Shown: positions 58,993-64,000 of the stretch, piece by piece | Layout: each line of letters begins with the position of its first letter | Numbering within the stretch: the stretch's first letter is position 1 | NCBI GenBank assembly: GCA_965227515.1 | Contig: CBDDFZ010000001.1 | Coordinates: forward strand, 3,072,001 to 3,136,000 | Length of the DNA: 64,000 nucleotides | Source: Alphaproteobacteria bacterium | Lineage (GTDB): Bacteria > Pseudomonadota > Alphaproteobacteria > CALKHQ01 | Direction of reading: 5' to 3' | Position numbers and translations under genes: made by a program | Notes under the pieces: model-generated | What the model was told of the DNA's origin: nothing | Databases searched by the model: none | The model's input: the letters and a program-made list of their open reading frames with translations, nothing else

Positions 58993-59688
58993 TCAGCTTG
59001 CAAGGACCGTTCCGGCCGCGGTGGCCAATTCCAACAGCGCCGCCACGGATGAGATAGTGGCTGCAGGCGCCAAGTCCAACGGCTGCTCTACGTTCTGCGG
59101 TCCGACCAGGATGCCTGAGCACCCTGCATTCTGCGCACATGCCATGTCGGTCACGGTGTCGCCGACCAGCCATACGGACCGATCCGCTGCACACCCCGTG
59201 TCCTGCAACGCGAGCAGGGCCGGCGCGCCCGAAGGCTTGTCCGCCGCCGCGTCGCCGGCACCGACAATGCTACAGAAATGGCGGTTCCAGGCCAAATGTG
59301 CAACCTCCTGGCGCAACCAATTGCCGTTCTTGTTACTGACCACGGCCATCGGCATGCCGGTGGCCGACAGGCGGAGCAGAACGTCCTCCGCGCCTGCCAG
59401 GACGCGCAGGTGCGAGATGTGCTGGGCATCGAATGTGGTGGAGAAAATGTCGCGGGCCTCGCGCCAGCCGTCGCCGAACATCACCGGGAAGCTGTCGCGC
59501 AGGGAGCGTGTGGCCAGCCGCTTGGTGTCCGCCACCGACAGCACCGGCAGGTCGAAGCGCTGGCGCGCCGCATTCAGGGCGGCGGCGATGCACGACCAGT
59601 TGTCGACCAGGGTGTCGTCCCAATCGAACAGGATCGCGGACGGTCTTGGCAGGTCGGGGGGCGCGGGTGGCGTGGGGCTGCCGGTCAT
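58993..59688 (-). CDS. HAD family hydrolase
   Basis: [19 protein letters not shown]. Confidence 0.88.
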   Translation of the reverse strand: MTGSPTPPAPPDLPRPSAILFDWDDTLVDNWSCIAAALNAARQRFDLPVLSVADTKRLATRSLRDSFPVMFGDGWREARDIFSTTFDAQHISHLRVLAGAEDVLLRLSATGMPMAVVSNKNGNWLRQEVAHLAWNRHFCSIVGAGDAAADKPSGAPALLALQDTGCAADRSVWLVGDTVTDMACAQNAGCSGILVGPQNVEQPLDLAPAATISSVAALLELATAAGTVLAS

Positions 59689-60557
59689 GTGCGCGCGCCG
59701 AACGGTCCCGCCTCCGCCCCGTCCATCAGTGCGCGGCGGATGGCCCGCGCCAGCGGTCCCGGCGTGCCGTCGCCGATGTCGGCGTCGTCGATGCGCACCA
59801 CCGGCATGACGAAGTTGGAACTGGAGGTCAGCAGCGCCTCGCGGGCGGCCAGCGCCTCGGCGACGGTGAACGCACGCTGCTCCAGGCCCAGGCCCTGCCG
59901 CCTGGCGACCTCGATCACGCCGCGCCGGGTGATACCGTCCAGGATGTCGGGCGCTGCCGGCCTTGTCACCAGCATGCCGTCCGCGGTGACGATCCAGGCA
60001 TTGCTCGACGTGCCCTCGGTCACCGTGCCGTCGTCGCCGACCATCCAGGCCTCGGCCGCGCCGGCGTCGATCGCCTGTTGCCGCGCCAGCACATTGGGCA
60101 GCAGCGAGGTCGTCTTGATGTCGCAGCGCTTCCAACGGAGGTCGGGCGTGGTGACGACCCGCACGCCGGTCACCGTATCGGCGGTCACCGGGCGCGGCTT
60201 GCGCCGGGTGGTCATGACCAGCGCCGGCGCCACCGGCACGTCCGGGAAGCAATGGTCGCGCGGCGCCACCCCGCGCGACACCTGGATGTAGAGCAACCCC
60301 GTGGCCAGCCCGTTGCGGCGGATCAGTTCGCGGGCGATGTGGGCCATCACGCTGCGGGACACCGGCCATTCGATGCGGATTTCGCCCAACGACCGGTCCA
60401 GCCGGTCGAGATGGGGCTCCAGCCCGATCATCTTGCCATCGACCACCGGCACCACCTCGTACACCGCATCGGCGAACTGGTAGCCGCGATCCTCGATATG
60501 GACGGCCGCCGCCGCATGGGCCACGTAGCGGCCGTTGACGTAGGCAAAGCGGGGCAT
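59685..60557 (-). CDS. dat: D-amino-acid transaminase (class IV aminotransferase)
   Basis: EDRGYQFADAVYE, RCDIKTTSLL, EGTSSN, LDGITR. Confidence 0.88.
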   Translation of the reverse strand: MPRFAYVNGRYVAHAAAAVHIEDRGYQFADAVYEVVPVVDGKMIGLEPHLDRLDRSLGEIRIEWPVSRSVMAHIARELIRRNGLATGLLYIQVSRGVAPRDHCFPDVPVAPALVMTTRRKPRPVTADTVTGVRVVTTPDLRWKRCDIKTTSLLPNVLARQQAIDAGAAEAWMVGDDGTVTEGTSSNAWIVTADGMLVTRPAAPDILDGITRRGVIEVARRQGLGLEQRAFTVAEALAAREALLTSSSNFVMPVVRIDDADIGDGTPGPLARAIRRALMDGAEAGPFGART

Positions 60558-60571
60558 TTTTCGGGGTGTTC

Positions 60572-61945
60572 CTAAAAATATTCCAGGCGCACGGCGAACA
60601 GCTTCTCCACCTTGCGGGCGGTGCCGGTGGGCGCGAACAGCACCACCTTGTCGTTGGCGCGGAACTGGGTGCCCGGCCGGGCGATGATGATCTCGTCGTC
60701 GCGCAGCACGGCGCCGATGATGACGCCATTCGGGATCTTGGCGTCGCCCAGGGTCTGGCCGACCAGCACGGAGGTCTCCAGCGCCTCGGCCACGATCAGT
60801 TCGCCGAACCCCTCGCGCACCGAATTCACCGACAGGATGCGGCCACGCCGGATGTGCTGCAGGATCGTCGACACCGTGATCGCGCGCGGGCTGACCACGA
60901 CGTCGATGCCCAGGGTCGAAATCAGCGGCGTGTATGTCGACGCGTTGATCAGGGTCACCGCGCGCTCGCAGCCGTAGCGCTTGGCCAGTAGCGAGGCGAG
61001 GATGTTGACCTCGTCGTCGTCGGTCACCGCCACCACGGTCTCGGCGATATCGACATTGGCCTCGTCCAGGATCTCCGGGTCCAGCCCGTCGCCGTTCAGC
61101 ACCCGGATGCGGTGCAGTCGCTGTGCGACCAGTTCGGCCCGGTCGCGGTCCATCTCGATCAGCTTGGCGGAGACGCCGGGGAAGTTCTCCTCCAGGTCCT
61201 CGGCCAGGTTGAGGCCGATATTGCCGCCGCCGATGATGATCATGCGGCGCGCCTCGCGCTCCTCGTGGCCGAATGCCACCAGCGCGCGGGCCACGTGGTC
61301 GGCCTCGGAGAAGAAATAGACCAGGTCGCCCGGCAGCATCTGGTCCTTGCCGGTCGGCACGATGGGCTGGTCGTTGCGGATGATGCCGAACAGGTTGATG
61401 TGCAGGTCGGGGAACAAGGTGGTGAGCTGGCGCAACGGCGTGTTGATGACCGGGCAGTCGTCCAGCAACCGCACGCCGACCGCCCACACCTTGCCGTCGC
61501 ACAGTGGTACCACGTCGAACGCGCCGGCCACATGCAGGCGCCGGCTGATCGCCTTCGCCACCTCGCGCTCCGGCGAGATGATGACGTCGATCGGCATGTT
61601 GTCGCGGCTGAACAGGTGGGCGTGGGTCGGGTGCATGTAGCTCTGGTGCCTGATGCGCGCGATCTTGGTCGGCACGTCGAACAGGCTGTGGGCCACCTGA
61701 CAGGCCACCATGTTCACTTCGTCGGTCTGGGTGACCGCGATCAGCATCTCGCAGTCCGGCGCACCGGCGCGCTCCAGAATGGGCGGATGGGCGGCGTGGC
61801 CGACGATGCCCTGGACGTCGAGCTGGTCGGAGATCTTGGCGACCAGGTCCTCGCGCACGTCGACCACGGTCACGTCATTCTCGGTCGACAGGTAGCGGGC
61901 GATGTTGAAGCCGACCTGGCCGGCGCCGCAGACGATGACTTTCAT
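60572..61945 (-). CDS. trkA: Trk potassium uptake NAD-binding subunit
   Basis: two RCK units: GAGQVG and GGGNIG. Confidence 0.95.
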   Translation of the reverse strand: MKVIVCGAGQVGFNIARYLSTENDVTVVDVREDLVAKISDQLDVQGIVGHAAHPPILERAGAPDCEMLIAVTQTDEVNMVACQVAHSLFDVPTKIARIRHQSYMHPTHAHLFSRDNMPIDVIISPEREVAKAISRRLHVAGAFDVVPLCDGKVWAVGVRLLDDCPVINTPLRQLTTLFPDLHINLFGIIRNDQPIVPTGKDQMLPGDLVYFFSEADHVARALVAFGHEEREARRMIIIGGGNIGLNLAEDLEENFPGVSAKLIEMDRDRAELVAQRLHRIRVLNGDGLDPEILDEANVDIAETVVAVTDDDEVNILASLLAKRYGCERAVTLINASTYTPLISTLGIDVVVSPRAITVSTILQHIRRGRILSVNSVREGFGELIVAEALETSVLVGQTLGDAKIPNGVIIGAVLRDDEIIIARPGTQFRANDKVVLFAPTGTARKVEKLFAVRLEYF

Positions 61946-62002
61946 CGCGGTATCCGACGACCAAAGCGCGGTGCGCTTGGCACAGACCGACTGAGAAGCG
62001 AC

Positions 62003-63403
62003 CTACGCATCCGCCTCGTCCAGCTTGCCGCCGGCCCCGGCGACCCCTAGCGCCTTCAGCTTGCGGTGCAGCGCCGAACGCTCCATGCCCACGAAGGTGG
62101 CGGTGCGAGAGATGTTGCCGCCGAAGCGGTTGACCTGCGCGCTGAGATACTGCCGCTCGAACATCTCGCGGGCGTCGCGTAGCGGCAGCCCCATGATCTC
62201 GCCCGACTGCTCCCAGCGCAGTGCCGGCGGCGTGGCGGCGTTGATATCCGGCGGCAGCATATCGGCGCGGATCGGGTCGCGCGGCCGCCCCGGCGCCATG
62301 ATCAGCAGCCAGTCGACCACGTTGCGGAGCTGGCGCACGTTGCCCGGCCACTCATAGGATTGCAGGGCCGCCATCGCATCCTCGCCGAACTCACGCGGCG
62401 CGGTGCCGGCGGCAGCGGCGGAGGTGGCCATAAAGTGCTGTGCGAGCATCGGAATGTCGTCACGGCGGGCGACCAGCGGCGGCACCGTGATCGGCACCAC
62501 GTTCAGGCGGTAGTACAGGTCCTCGCGCAAATTGCCGCTGGACATCGCGGTGTTGAGGTCGCGGTTCGACGACGCGATCACCCGCACATCCACCTGCACG
62601 CGGATGTTGCCGCCGACCCGCTCGAACGACTGGTCCTGCAGCACCCGCACGATCTTGCCCTGGGTTTCCAGCGGCATGTCGGCGATTTCGTCCAGCAGCA
62701 ATGTGCCGCCATGGGCGCGCTCGAAGGTGCCTATTTTGCGCAGCCCCTCGCCCGCGTCCTCCTCGCCGAACAACTCGGTCTCCAGCCGCTCGGGACTGAG
62801 CGTGGCGCAGTTCAACACCACGAAGGGCCCCGCCGCGCGGCGCGAGCATTGGTGCAGCAGGCGGGCCACCACCTCCTTGCCCGACCCGGGCTGGCCGGTG
62901 ATCAGCACGCGGCTGCCGGTCGGCGCCACCCGCTGGATGGCCTGGCGCAATTGATTGGCATGGTTGGAGTTGCCGATCAGCTCCGGCTCGGCGCCGGCGC
63001 GCATCTTCAGCTCCTCGTTCTCCGCGCGCAGGCGGGCCGCTTCCATGGCGCGCTCGACGATCAGCAGCAGGCGGTCGGTCTTGAACGGCTTCTCGATGAA
63101 GTCGTAGGCACCCTTCTTGATGGCCGCCACCGCGGTCTCAATGGAGCCGTGGCCGGAGATCATCACCACCGGCAGGTTCGGGTGCTCGCGCATGACGACA
63201 TCGAGCAATTGAAGCCCGTCCATCTGGCTGCCCTCCAGCCAGATATCCAGGATCAGCAAGCTCGGTTGGCGGGCACGGATGGCTTGCAGCGCGCTTTCGC
63301 CGTCGCTGGCTTCGCGCGTCTCATAGCCTTCGTCTTCCAGTGTGCCTGCAATCAGCAGGCGAATGTCCGCCTCGTCATCGACGATCAGAATATCGCGGGC
63401 CAT
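62003..63403 (-). CDS. ntrX: response regulator NtrX
   Basis: REC (LDIWLE), AAA+ lacking GAFTGA, WPGNVRQL, Fis-type HTH; between ntrY and trkA. Confidence 0.93.
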   Translation of the reverse strand: MARDILIVDDEADIRLLIAGTLEDEGYETREASDGESALQAIRARQPSLLILDIWLEGSQMDGLQLLDVVMREHPNLPVVMISGHGSIETAVAAIKKGAYDFIEKPFKTDRLLLIVERAMEAARLRAENEELKMRAGAEPELIGNSNHANQLRQAIQRVAPTGSRVLITGQPGSGKEVVARLLHQCSRRAAGPFVVLNCATLSPERLETELFGEEDAGEGLRKIGTFERAHGGTLLLDEIADMPLETQGKIVRVLQDQSFERVGGNIRVQVDVRVIASSNRDLNTAMSSGNLREDLYYRLNVVPITVPPLVARRDDIPMLAQHFMATSAAAAGTAPREFGEDAMAALQSYEWPGNVRQLRNVVDWLLIMAPGRPRDPIRADMLPPDINAATPPALRWEQSGEIMGLPLRDAREMFERQYLSAQVNRFGGNISRTATFVGMERSALHRKLKALGVAGAGGKLDEADA

Positions 63404-63611
63404 ACCTCGGGATCGGCCTGTATCTCGGTGTTACGTGGTCAAAGCTGCCTGCGCTCCGATCCCGATGGTCGCGCGGGCCTTCAGGCCAAGGCGCGGCCAC
63501 CCGGAGGTCCGAGCGACGGAATCGGGGGCGACACTAGCATGATATGGAACCGCGTGTGCGCACTGGATTGTCGCGATTGATGTCTGGGGTCGCGGGCCGC
63601 GCAACCGCAGC

Positions 63612-64000
63612 TCAGGCGCCGCCGGCCGCCCGATCCGGATCGTCGGCCTGGCCGTCATTGGCGGCACTTGGCGCGTCTCCGGGCGCAGGCGGCTCGCTTG
63701 CCGGGTCGGCGGCGGATGGCGCGGCAGCCGCGGCGGCCGTCGCCAGGGTCAGGCGCACGTGCGCGCCGCCGCCCGGCCGGTCGCTGAGCGAGATCGCGCC
63801 CTGGTGGTCCTCCATGATCCGTTTGACGATGGCGAGCCCAAGGCCGGTGCCCTTCTCCCGCGTCGTGACATAGGGCTCGGTCAGCCGTTCGCGGTTCTGC
63901 GACGGCAGCCCGCAGCCGTTGTCGGCGATGTCGATGACCACGGTCTCGCCTTCGATATGGGTGGAGATCTCCACTCGGCCCGGCACCTCCGCGGCCTCCC
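63612..64000 (-). CDS. ntrY: sensor histidine kinase NtrY (C-terminal part only)
   Basis: [21 protein letters not shown]; upstream of ntrX. Confidence 0.85.
   Translation of the reverse strand, partial: EAAEVPGRVEISTHIEGETVVIDIADNGCGLPSQNRERLTEPYVTTREKGTGLGLAIVKRIMEDHQGAISLSDRPGGGAHVRLTLATAAAAAAPSAADPASEPPAPGDAPSAANDGQADDPDRAAGGA

Overview
High-GC alphaproteobacterial chromosome segment, apparently the replication terminus. The housekeeping backbone runs oppABC, ppa, tRNA-Ser(UGA), mltB-rlpA-dacA-tmk-holB-metG-tatD-MBL, mazG, hflX-hfq, dat, trkA and ntrX-ntrY. Two loci stand out. (1) 43.8-53.6 kb: an integrase-less element of about 9.8 kb bounded by an intact dif site and a second copy with a degenerate XerD arm; KOPS motifs spotted by eye switch polarity here. 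It encodes a rolling-circle HUH Rep with an internal CTTGATA nick-site candidate, two XRE regulators, two paralogous HTH proteins and an RloC-like ABC-ATPase/HEPN defence gene. That gene is split by a 2591-bp IS1595-family transporter IS carrying HEPN and DUF3892 passengers. The whole resembles a TLC/GGI-type IMEX. (2) 9.8-17.9 kb: an operon-like cluster of a TIR-like/nSTAND/TM/TPR receptor, a TPR-SLOG-class III cyclase with non-canonical specificity residues, and a CRP-type regulator, flanked by CRP-box-like sites, one placed like a class II promoter ahead of a small membrane-protein gene. Also present: a dimethylformamidase-like cluster, a HupE/UreJ pair with a Zur-like box, a Cys-His-Asp (HopX-like) orphan and CGTC-type REP doublets. 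All calls are by eye from motifs; no database searches were run.
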